From Macrostomum lignano (taxonomy: Eukaryota), in assembly GCA_002269645.1 (NCBI GenBank), contig NIVC01000595.1:1-36020 (forward strand): a stretch of 36,020 nt of DNA, in the 5' to 3' direction. Made by a program: the position numbers and the translations under genes. Position 1 is the stretch's first letter. Each line of letters opens with the position of its first letter. Positions 21,501-33,480 of this stretch are shown one piece after another. A model generated the notes under the pieces. It was not told the DNA's origin and ran no database searches. It saw only the letters and a program-made list of their open reading frames with translations.

Positions 21501-24500
21501 TGCTCAAGCCAGTCACACCTGATAATGATCCAGCCAGTCACACCTGAAAATGCTCGAGCCAGTCACACCTGATAATGATCAAGCCAGTCACACCTGATAA
21601 TGATCCAGTCAGTCACACCCGATAATGATCAAGCTAGTCACACCTGATAATGATCAAGCCAGTCACACCTGATAATGATCAAGCCAGTCACACCTGATAA
21701 TGATCAAGCCAGTCACACCTGAAAATGCTCAAGCCAGTCACACCTGATAATGATCCAGCCAGTCACACCAGATAATGATCCAGCCAGTCACACCCGATAA
21801 TGATCAAGCCAGTCACACCTGATAATGATCAAGCCAGGGACACCTGATAATGATCAAGCCAGTCACACCTGATAATGATCAAGCCAGTCACACCTGATAA
21901 TGTTCAAGCCAGTCACACCTGATAATGTTCAAGCCAGTCACACCTGATAATGATCAAGCCAGGGACACCTGATAATGCTCAACCCAGTCACACCTGATAA
22001 TGCTCAACCCAGTCACACCTGATAACGATCAAGCCAGTCACACCTGATAATGTTCAAGCCATTCACACCTGATAATGATCAAGCCAGTCACACCTGATAA
22101 TGATCAAGCCAGTCACACCTGAAAATGCTCAAGCCAGTCACACCTGATAATGATCAAGCCAGTCACACCTGATAATGCTCAAGCCAGTCACACCTGATAA
22201 TGATCAAGCCAGTCACACCTGATAATGATCAAGCCAGTCCCACCTGATAATGATCAAGCCAGTTACACCTGCTAATGATCAAGCCAGTCACACCTGATAA
22301 TGATCAAGCCAGGGACACCTGATAATGATCAAGCCAGTTACACCTGATAATGATCAAGCCAGTCACACCTGATAATGATCAAGCCAGGGACACCTGATAA
22401 TGCTCAACCCAGTCACACCTGATAATGCTCAACCCAGTCACACCTGATAAAGATCAAGCCAGTCACACCTGATAATGCTCAACCCAGTCACACCTGATAA
22501 TGCTCAACCCAGTCACACCTGATAATGCTCAACCCAGTCACACCTGATAATGCTCAACCCAGTCACACCTGATAATGCTCAACCCAGTCACACCTGATAA
22601 TGCTCAACCCAGTCACACCTGATAAAGATCAACCCACACCTGATAATGCTCAACCCATTCACACCTGATAATGCTCAACCCAGTCACACCTGATAATGCT
22701 CAAACCAGTCACACCTGATAATGCTCAACCCAGTCACACCTGATAATGCTCAACCCAGTCACACCTGATAAAGATCAACCCAGACACACCTGATACTGAT
22801 CAAGCCATTCACACCTGATAATGATCAAGCCAGTCACACCTGAAAATGCTCAAGCCAGTCACACCTGATAATGATCCAGCCAGTCACACCTGATAATGAT
22901 CAAGCCAGTCACACCTGATGATGATCAAGCCAGTCACACCGGAAAATGCTCAACCCAGTCACACCTGATAATGATCAAGCTAGTCACACCTGATAATGAT
23001 CAAGCCAGTCACACCTGAAAATGCTCAAGCCAGTCATACCTGATAATGATCCAGCCAGTCACACCTGAAAATGCTCAAGCCAGTCACACCTGATAATGAT
23101 CCAGCCAGTCACACCTGAAAATGCTCGAGCCAGTCACACCTGATAATGATCCAGCCAGTCACACCTGATAATGATCCAGCCAGTCACACCCGATAATGAT
23201 CAAGCTAGTCACACCTGATAATGATCAAGCCAGTCACACCTGATAATGATCAAGCCAGTCACACCTGATAATGATCAAGCCAGTCACACCTGAAAATGCT
23301 CAAGCCAGTCACACCTGATAATGATCCAGCCAGTCACACCAGATAATGACCCAGCCAGTCACACCCGATAATGATCAAGCCAGTCACACCTGATAATGAT
23401 CAAGCCAGTCCCACCTGATAATGATCAAGCCAGTCACACCTGATAATGATCAAGCCAGTCACACCTGATAATGTTCAAGCCAGTCACACCTGATAATGTT
23501 CAAGCCAGTCACACCTGATAATGATCAAGCCAGGGACACCTGATAATGCTCAACCCAGTCACACCTGAAAATGCTCGAGCCAGTCACACCTGATAATGAT
23601 CCAGCCAGTCACACCTGATAATGATCCAGCCAGTCACACCCGATAATGATCAAGCTAGTCACACCTGATAATGATCAAGCCAGTCACACCTGATAATGAT
23701 CAAGTCAGTCACACCTGATAATGATCCAGCCAGTCACACCTGAAAATGCTCAAGCCAGTCACACCTGATAATGATCCAGCCAGTCACACCAGATAATGAC
23801 CCAGCCAGTCACACCCGATAATGATCAAGCCAGTCACACCTGATAATGATCAAGCCAGTCCCACCTGATAATGATCAAGCCAGTCACACCTGATAATGAT
23901 CAAGCCAGTCACACCTGATAATGTTCAAGCCAGTCACACCTGATAATGTTCAAGCCAGTCACACCTGATAATGATCAAGCCAGGGACACCTGATAATGCT
24001 CAACCCAGTCACACCTGATAATGCTCAACCCAGTCACACCTGATAAAGATCATCCCAGACACACCTGATAATGATCAAGCCAGTCACACCTGATACTGAT
24101 CAAGCCATTCACACCTGATAATGATCAAGCCAGTCACACCTGAAAATGCTCAAGCCAGTCACACCTGATAATGATCCAGCCAGTCACACCTGATAATGAT
24201 CAAGCCAGTCACACCTGATGATGATCAAGCCAGTCACACCTGAAAATGCTCAACCCAGTCACACCTGATAATGATCAAGCTAGTCACACCTGATAATGAT
24301 CAAGCCAGTAACACCTGAAAATGCTCAAGCCAGTCACACCTGATAATGATCCAGCCAGTCACACCTGAAAATGCTCAAGCCAGTCACACCTGATAATGAT
24401 CCAGCCAGTCACACCTGAAAATGCTCGAGCCAGTCACACCTGATAATGATCAAGCCAGTCACACCTGATAATGATCCAGCCAGTCACACCCGATAATGAT

Positions 24501-25340
24501 CAAGCTAGTCACACCTGATAATGATCAAGCCAGTCACACCTGATAATGATCAAGCCAGTCACACCTGATAATGATCAAGCCAGTCACACCTGAAAATGCT
24601 CAAGCCAGTCACACCTGATAATGATCCAGCCAGTCACACCAGATAATGATCCAGCCAGTCACACCCGATAATGATCAAGCCAGTCACACCTGATAATGAT
24701 CAAGCCAGGGACACCTGATAATGATCAAGCCAGTCACACCTGATAATGATCAAGCCAGTCACACCTGATAATGTTCAAGCCAGTTACACCTGATAATGTT
24801 CAAGCCAGTCACACCTGATAATGATCAAGCCAGGGACACCTGATAATGCTCAACCCAGTCACACCTGATAATGCTCAACCCAGTCACACCTGATAAAGAT
24901 CAAGCCAGTCACACCGGAAAATGCTCAACCCAGTCACACCTGATAATGCTCAACCCAGTCACACCTGATAATGCTCAACCCAGTCACACCTGATAATGTT
25001 CAACCCAGTCACACCTGATAATGCTCAACCCAGTCACACCTGATAAAGATCAACCCAGTCACACCTGATAAAGATCAACCCACACCTGATAATGCTCAAC
25101 CCATTCACACCTGATAATGATTAACCCAGTCACACCTGATAATGCTCAACCCAGTCACACCTGATAAAGATCAACCCACACCTGATAATGCTCAACCCAT
25201 TCACACCTGATAATGCTCAACCCAGTCACACCTGATAATGCTCAACCCAGTCACACCTGATAATGCTCAACCCAGTCACACCTGATAATGCTCAACCCAG
25301 TCACACCTGATAATGCTCAACCCAGTCACACCTGATAATG
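18600..25340. repeat. 25-bp satellite (GATAATG[A/C]TCAA[G/C]CCAGTCACACCT), about 270 copies
   Basis: 6.7-kb tandem array with the same flanks as 3838-4085. Confidence 0.97.
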
Positions 25341-25607
25341 ATTAAGACAGTCAACAAGTAAGCCATTTTAACAATTGAAAATTAATTTTATGAAATATTT
25401 TAGTAGTACATGCAATTTTTTCAATATATTTTAATATCATTATGAGTTCAACGTGAATTAAAAATCTTTTTTCTATCATTAGTTAATCTTACCTTTCAGC
25501 CTACAATTAAATTAATATATAATACACAGATACAACCAGTTTTTGCAGCTTATATCAAAGCTTATCAAAAGATGTTCAGTCTTGATTACTCATTAAAGTA
25601 GTAATCC

Positions 25608-26380
25608 TTAGTTGCAGTTGTCAGCTGAGCACACTGAGCAGTCTCCATAGTTAGGCAAGGAGGTGAGGCTTAAGCAGCCGTCCTTGTCCAGGTAGCAGGC
25701 CCTGTAGTACTGAAAATGTTTTTGGCCAATCATTTTATATTACTGCCACAAGTAGTAAGAGGTCGCAACAGGCCACGTGTTTAAACGGATTTAGACAAAA
25801 CTGCAATTCGACACTGGTAGAATTCACGTCATACCGATTTCCTGCCGCCGATGGCAACTGAGAACCTGATGCAGTAGTCATAACCTGCCACACAGTTTAC
25901 ACTGGCTGCTCTGCCGTCTGGCGATGGAGCGTTGGATGCTGAGTGACATCGAAGTCCAGCTGCGGGGTCTGGGCGAATCGGGGTATGTTGTGAGCTGTGA
26001 CTGGGTGCTGACACTACCGTTCTGACTGTGACTGAGTGCTGTGGCTGTGACTGTGACTGTGACTGTGACTGTGACTGTGACACCGTGACTGTGAATGTAA
26101 CACTGTGACCGTGACTGTGACACTGTGACTGTGACTATGAAACTGTGACTGTGACTGTGACTGGGACACCGTGACTGTGACTGGGACTGGGACTGTGACT
26201 GTGACTATGGCTGTGACAGCAGTCTCCCATGATGCAAACAATGAAAGTGACTCTTTTCATTTCACACTAACCTACAAGTATCTCTCAGAACTCAAATCAT
26301 AACGCCAGATTACAAAACTCACCGATTGCATTGAAAGCTAGCAATAGCAGAATAGCAGAGCAGGCAGTTTGTCTCAGCAT
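25608..26380 (-). CDS. Secreted three-finger (Ly6/uPAR, Quiver-like) protein, 94 aa, copy 2; exons 26380-26323, 25959-25835, 25709-25608
   Basis: Same exon lengths (58/125/102) and GT-AG sites. Product MLRQTACSAILLLLAFNAIAGLRCHSASNAPSPDGRAASVNCVAGYDYCIRFSVAIGGRKSYYRACYLDKDGCLSLTSLPNYGDCSVCSADNCN* (TAA). Confidence 0.88.
26022..26218. repeat. (TGTGAC)n hexamer microsatellite in intron 1 of three-finger gene copy 2
   Basis: Imperfect hexamer run. Confidence 0.9.
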
Positions 26381-26456
26381 TCTGTGGCTCTTCTGTCTAA
26401 ACTTTTCTGTCCGCGGAGAATAGCAAATAAAGAATGCCAGTTTCGATGTCAGAACC

Positions 26457-26463
26457 TTAAATA
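26457..26463 (-). promoter_or_regulatory. TATA-like box (TATTTAA) of three-finger gene copy 2
   Basis: Same position relative to the ATG as in copy 1. Confidence 0.5.
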
Positions 26464-26622
26464 GCTGGGGCGCTCAGCTTGAACCAACCAGTACGCCAGC
26501 ACTGCATTGTGCGTGAGTACGGCATACAGACAGAACTTCCACATCTGATGTACAACTGCAGTCAGAGGTGCATATTGAACTCTGAGATTATTTATTTACA
26601 AAAAAATATTAATTGCTCAGAG

Positions 26623-26695
26623 CGACCACGCCAGGACTCGAACCTGGAATCTTCTGATCCGTAGTCAGACGCGTTATCCATTGCGCCACGCGGCC
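26623..26695 (-). tRNA. tRNA-Arg(ACG)
   Basis: Identical 73-nt sequence with downstream T7 run. Confidence 0.97.
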
Positions 26696-26850
26696 CTCGA
26701 AATTTGGTAGTCCTTGAGCATTCCTTTATCCTTTATCTGTTTGATCACATGCCAATCTCTTAATGGATACGATTTCAGTAGTAATTATAGAGCATGTTAA
26801 ATCTTTTGAGGAAAAACTGAATTCCAGAGAAATTCGAATTATTCGAATTC

Positions 26851-27342
26851 CACCTATTCCAATGCCTCACTGACACCTATTCCAATGCCTCACTGACACC
26901 TATTCCATGCCTCACTGACACCTATTCCAATGCCTCACTGACACCTATTCCAATGCCTCACTGACACCTATTCCAATGCCTCACTGACACCTATTCCAAT
27001 GCCTCACTGACATCTATTCCAATGCAGCACTGACACCTATTCCAATGCCTCACTGACACCTATTCCAATACCTCACTGACACCTATTCCAATGCCTCACT
27101 GACACCAATCCCATGCCTTACTGACATCTATTCCAATGCCTCACTGACACCTATTCCAATGCCTCACTGAAACCTATTCCAATGCCTCACTGACACCTAT
27201 TCCAATGCCTCACTGACACCTATTCCAATGCCTCACTGACACCTATTCCAATGCCTCACGTACACCTATTCCAATGCCTCACTGACACCTATTCCAATGC
27301 CTCACTGACACGTGACACCTATTGCAATGCAGCACGGAGACC
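26851..27342. repeat. 23-bp minisatellite, about 21 copies
   Basis: ACACCTATTCCAATGCCTCACTG units. Confidence 0.95.
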
Positions 27343-27423
27343 CACCGGATTTCTTGCCAAACGACTATTTTGTTTTTGTGGCCATATAAAAATACAAGTA
27401 AAATCGAAAAATATATTTCAGAG

Positions 27424-27496
27424 CGACCACGCCAGGACTCGAACCTGGAATCTTCTGATCCGTAGTCAGACGCGTTATCCATTGCGCCACGCGGCC
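27424..27496 (-). tRNA. tRNA-Arg(ACG)
   Basis: Identical 73-nt sequence; T5 run at 27407-27411. Confidence 0.97.
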
Positions 27497-27762
27497 CTCG
27501 GCATTTGGCAGTCCTTGAGCACGGATTTCTAATTTTATTTACAAAAGCGGAGCTACTGCCAAGCATGTTTGATCACGCGGCCTGCATGTGACTTTGCGAG
27601 GCTTGGCTGGGAATGTTGAAATCGGAAACGGCTTTAAGAGGCTCTTGGTGAACACTCGTTTTTAAAGGCAACAACTGCATTTCAGTTTTGTCTAATGTCT
27701 CTAATGTCCACCGATAACTACTTTAATGTTCTTAACTTAAATGTAAGGAAAAAAATTTAAAA

Positions 27763-27835
27763 CGACCACGCCAGGACTCGAACCTGGAATCTTCTGATCC
27801 GTAGTCAGACGCGTTATCCATTGCGCCACGCGGCC
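27763..27835 (-). tRNA. tRNA-Arg(ACG)
   Basis: Identical 73-nt sequence; T4 immediately downstream and T7 at 27749-27755. Confidence 0.97.
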
Positions 27836-28217
27836 CTCGGTACTACACGAATTTTTACCTGGTACATAAATATCAAGAAACCCATTGTTTAACCTGCTGT
27901 CTGCTTTCTGTTAGGGAGGCAAATATTTCTTGTTCTACTACTGCTAAGTCAGTAGCGTGTGGAAGTTCGTGGTTTCTATTTTGAAACGCATAATAAAACG
28001 CATCTTAAGCATAATAATGTCAATGGTAAGGGTCGATGTGTAATATTTTAATTAAGGGGTTATTTATATAGTATTGATAATGTTTCAACTCGCTGTTCAA
28101 ACGGCGAACGCTAACATAAAATACGCAGCACTTATTAACTTTTAAAGCCATAAAACTATACGAGCGTAAGGTTTATAATTATGTGATAAGGTAAGAAAAA
28201 AGTTAATGGAACAACAG

Positions 28218-28430
28218 ACCAGGTGAGATACGAACCCAGGTTGGATGAGAAATCAAATAAGATAATTAATTAGGTAAGATACATTGTAAGAACCCAGGTA
28301 AGATGGGAAATCACTAATCAGATAAGACAAACTAATCAGGTAAGTTAGGAACCCAGGTAAAAAGAGAAATAAGATAAATAATTAGGCGAGATAAGAAATC
28401 AGGTAGCATAATTAGCAGGATGAGATAAGA
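28218..28430. repeat. Degenerate ~58-bp repeat rich in CAGGTAAG/GATAAG
   Basis: GAACCCAGGT recurs at about 28232, 28290 and 28349. Confidence 0.55.
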
Positions 28431-28580
28431 AGCAATATACGATGGGCAATCAACCATAAAGCACTATTTAAAAGTTCCCCTCCGCAAATAACCAAATTCA
28501 GCGACTAAAAATGTTTGTGTGTTCCTCACAGTTTCAAAGAATCACGCCCAAGTTCTACTACCAATTATAGACGTTCTTGT

Positions 28581-29632
<1,052 letters not shown>

Positions 29633-30110
29633 TGTCCAATTATCTCTATATAAGAGTGGAATTGAATCTGCAAGACAGCGACCGCTAGTTCAAGGCCTCA
29701 AGTACGGGGGGCTTACGATGTAAACTATTTTCGACCTGCTCATTGCTTTTTATAGCTCATTTTTTGTGCTCATGAACCTCGTCTACTGCAACAATTGTTT
29801 TTCATAGTATGCTACTCAAGCGTACTTGGAGATTTTTAGAAACGGCGCACTGTAAATTTAGAATTACAATATGTAGTTCTGAAAGAAACAGAAGTTCCAC
29901 TTTGTTGCTTTAAGTTATGCTTACACAGGGCCGCTGTGTGCGTCTGATGTGTAAACTTCAACCTGCTACTTCGTAAAGTAATAATTCAAAAAATATTCAC
30001 TACGATCAGTCTAAACTAGATGGGAACCATCTGTTGTTGGACCATCTAAAACACTTCTGACATTAAATCTGACACAATTTAACATTTGAGCTGGGATAAT
30101 CTACCACCCG

Positions 30111-30875
30111 TCTGACATGATCTAACCCCCGTCTGACATGATCTAACCCCCATCTGACATGATCTAACCCCTATCTGAAATGATCTAACCTCTATCTGAC
30201 ATGATCTAACCCCTATCTGACATGATCTAATCCCGATCTGACATGATCTAACCCCTATCTGAAATGATCTAACCCCTATCTGACATGATCTAATCCCGAT
30301 CTGACATGATCTAACCCCTATCTGACATAATCTAACCCCCGTCTGACATGATCTAATCCCGATCTGACATGATCTAATCCCCATCTGACATGATCTAACC
30401 CCCCGTCTGACATGATCTAACCCCCCGTCTGACATGATCTAACCCCTATCTGACATGATCTAATCCCGATCTGACATGAACTAACCCCCGTCTGACATGA
30501 TTTTACCCCCCGTCTGACATGATCTAGCCCCCATCTGACATGATCTAACCCCATCTGACATGATCTAGCCCCCATCTGACATGATCTAGCCCCATCTGAC
30601 ATGATCTAGCCCCATCTGACATGATCTAACCCCGTCTGACATGATCTTACCCCCCGTCTGACATGATCTTACCCCCATCTGACATGATCTTACCCCCGTC
30701 TGACATGATCTAGCCCCAATCTGACATGATCTAGCCCCATCTGACATGATCTAGCCCCCATCTGACATGATCTAACCCCCATCTAACATGATCCAACCCC
30801 CATCTGACATGATCTAACCCCATCTGACATGATCTAAAACCCACTGAATTGATTCACCACCCGTCTGACATGATC
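30111..30875. repeat. 20-21-bp minisatellite (TCTGACATGATCTAACCCCC[A/G]), about 36 copies
   Basis: Direct tandem units; explains the VRSCQMG repeat ORFs. Confidence 0.95.
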
Positions 30876-31290
30876 AGACGCACATCGGACACAAGTCTGA
30901 CCCCTAAATGTATTTATTTGTCACCGGTCACAAACAAGTACACAGATAACAGAAAACAACTCTTTTTAACACCCACTCCATCTGACATCCCAATTGACAC
31001 ATCTGTCACGCATGACACAGTATGGAAGCTTCTATCTACCTTAGATTTTTAAACTTTAAAATAAAATCTGGCTTTAGAATTTCCGATAGTCTACTTTAAG
31101 TAGCATGATTTACGTTTTAGAATAAAAAATACAGTTGAACAAACTGGATTCAGCTGGATTTTACTCAAGCTACCAGTGGAGTAAAGATTATATTTATAAA
31201 CTAAGTTGGGAGTAGGAAGCTTTTGCTGCCTGCGCTAACCCAAGCCAGTGCGACTAAAGTTTTTTTGCTCACAACGGCAGATGTTTCAGC

Positions 31291-31297
31291 TATAAAA
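31291..31297 (+). promoter_or_regulatory. TATA box (TATAAAA) upstream of the secreted Cys-rich peptide gene
   Basis: Consensus TATA about 200 bp before the ATG; a possible ~59-nt 5'UTR intron (GT ~31420 to AG ~31478) lies between. Confidence 0.45.
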
Positions 31298-31497
31298 TTC
31301 AAGTTACCAAGTCGGCAAAGCCCGCAACAGCTTGCTTTTAGGGCAACATTTCCCAAAACTAAAAAGCGCTCTGTCTTTAGTACAAAAGCAGAATGGAACA
31401 GAAACTTTTGTTACTCAAGGTGACAAATTTAGTATTGTGCAAATTTCGAAACTTCAAACTAGTTTCAATATCTGCCAGTTTCTGCCAAAACTAAGCT

Positions 31498-31782
31498 ATG
31501 ACGACCAGACTCTGCAACACGCTGCTTCTTGTAGCAGTGATAGCGTTGGCAATGTGTGCATTGCAGGCCGAGTCAGCGGCGGTCCTGAGAACCATGAATT
31601 GCTACGGCGCCGACAGGGCCAACTGCATTCGCTTCGCCATCGACCACATGAAAGACCCATTCGGCATGTGCAAGACCTGCAAGCCGGAGTTTGACAGGCA
31701 GTCCAACCTGATCCATGGCCTACAGTTGTACGTCAACTGCTGCACTCGAATGATCAGCCTGATCTCGTCCGCTGTGTTTTAA
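31498..31782 (+). CDS. Small secreted cysteine-rich protein, 94 aa, family not recognised
   Basis: GC-rich ORF in AT-rich flanks; hydrophobic signal peptide (LLLVAVIALAMCALQAES); mature Cys pattern C-x7-C-x14-C-x2-C-x19-CC. Confidence 0.72.
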   Translation: MTTRLCNTLLLVAVIALAMCALQAESAAVLRTMNCYGADRANCIRFAIDHMKDPFGMCKTCKPEFDRQSNLIHGLQLYVNCCTRMISLISSAVF

Positions 31783-32751
31783 TAATGCTGGCAACAGGGT
31801 GTAAAACTGAAGAATTCAACTTTAATTGACGAAGTCTTGCCTCTTAATTACATTTTTAATCAACCGCATTCATTCATTCAATTTGTTTCAGAGCTTGCCA
31901 TGCAGAACAGTGAGTTAAATATGATTCAAGAGTACTGAGCAAACACCGATAGCTAAAATAGCTGAGCTAAGGCTGAAGCCTTTTGTCTTTTGTCTTTGTC
32001 TTTGGTCGAAAAGTAAATGTAGGAGCCTGAGGATTTATAATTTCGACTTCGGTTTTAATTGCTATATCGGCTCTCTACAGTATGTTTGCTTGGTACTTTT
32101 TGGTTCTGATTTAGCTAGCTGAGAAATATTCATAAATTTTTTTCAGTGATTCATTTCGTATATTTGATATCTTTCCTTGCACCATGCTATTGCACTAAAT
32201 TAATGGACTTTTAACCACAGACATAGTAAGTGTTGGAAAGTTAAAACTTCTATGGCTAAAATGCGATCAATAAGTTAATCAATGTCCAATAAAATTTTAT
32301 CTTTTAAAACAAAAAATGTAGTCTTAATACTTTGGTTTAAAGAAGCAATATAATTTTATAATGCTTTTTAGCACTTTTGCACGCGGTAACTGTGAATAAT
32401 TTGATACTTTTAAAACAATTTTTAACAATCTGGTTTCAGCTGCACACAGTTAATTGTTTTAATGTACTTCTAATATTTAATCAAGTGGAAATTGTGAAAT
32501 TGGTAAAAATATACAAAAGGATTGAAAACTCAATTGGTTTATTATAATCAGTTGTAGAAATCTATTTAGTTTATTACAGAAATTTATATTTTGCAAACTG
32601 TAGCGCCATCGACAAAGGAGTTGATTTTTTGTTTTATTAAAATCCCGACGTAATAAAATTCAGCTGAAAGCGAGCTGTAAGCTAGGGCATATTTTTAACA
32701 AGTGGGGCTTGTCATCGACTCTTTATGAAAGTTTAAAGTTAACCTGACAGT

Positions 32752-33480
32752 TCAGACCACCCGAATAACCATGCGGCCGCACGACTGAACCCTCGATGAG
32801 CCGTCTTTCAGACTGAACTGGATCATGTAGGTCGTCTGTGGGAAAAATGCAAAACGATGAAATTGTAATTTTTATTAAAAAGTAGTAAAAAGTATTTAAA
32901 TGAGATAAAAGGACAGCAGCTAGGACTCACGGGTGGGAAGAACTGCTCAATCAGCAGCGGCATCCGGTAATTGTACACTTGGTTGCGCACGATCGGGCAC
33001 TCGCTGCCGTCAACCAAGTTGTTGCAGGCGTTGCTCTCGAAGCTGTTGCTGGCCAGCGGCATGGGGCTGCTCATGCGCGAGACTTGCCAAAAACAGCGGC
33101 AGTCAGGGTGGAGCTGTCGCTAGCTGCAAAACAATGTTTTGATTATCAATTGATTATAGACTAACAGAAGCGCCATAAAAAGCTACTCATAGTAGGCTAG
33201 TGAGCGAGAACTCACTGGCTCGGAATCGCATGGACAAAGAGCGAGTCTCGCCGCGTCGCACCGTGCAGAGCCGCTGTCCTGCGCAGCCTTCGACATCGAA
33301 GTCCAGCGTCTTGGAGCCTGTAAAATCGAATTATAGCAAACTTCAATCAGCAAATTGTTAAAGAATTATTAACAGCTACATGTAGCTGTACTCACCGCCT
33401 GGGCAAGGCCTCCAGAAGGTGCCGGACACGCAGGTGAAGCTGGCCAGGGCCAGGCAAGCGATGAGAACACACTTCATCAT
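32752..33480 (-). CDS. NPC2: NPC2-like ML-domain lipid-binding protein; exons 33480-33396, 33317-33216, 33123-32931, 32835-32752; one frameshift at ~33083
   Basis: Signal peptide MMKCVLIACLALASFTCVSG; WRPCPG, FDVEGCAGQRLCTVRRGETRSLSMRFRA, AAVFGK, NACNNLVDGSECPIVRNQVYNYRMPLLIEQFFP, IQFSLKD..SCGRMVIRVV*. Six Cys spaced as in NPC2; introns of 78, 92 and 95 nt with GT-AG. Orthology within the ML family not established. Confidence 0.85.

Larger units (their letters stand above)
18301..27725. repeat. Segmental duplication copy 2 with greatly expanded 25-mer array
   Basis: Same order of unique blocks and repeat families as 3527-6350. Confidence 0.93.

Noticed and set aside
3838-27342. Regular 22-25-bp arrays as CRISPR
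   Set aside because: Units are head-to-tail with no unique spacers, no cas genes, eukaryotic context.
3527-27835. tRNA copies as heads of tRNA-derived SINEs
   Set aside because: Six copies are identical full-length cloverleafs with terminators immediately downstream; no shared body, A-tail or target-site duplication.
29646-29654. TATATA as TATA box of the GPI-type three-finger gene
   Set aside because: Only about 15 nt from the ATG, too close for normal spacing.
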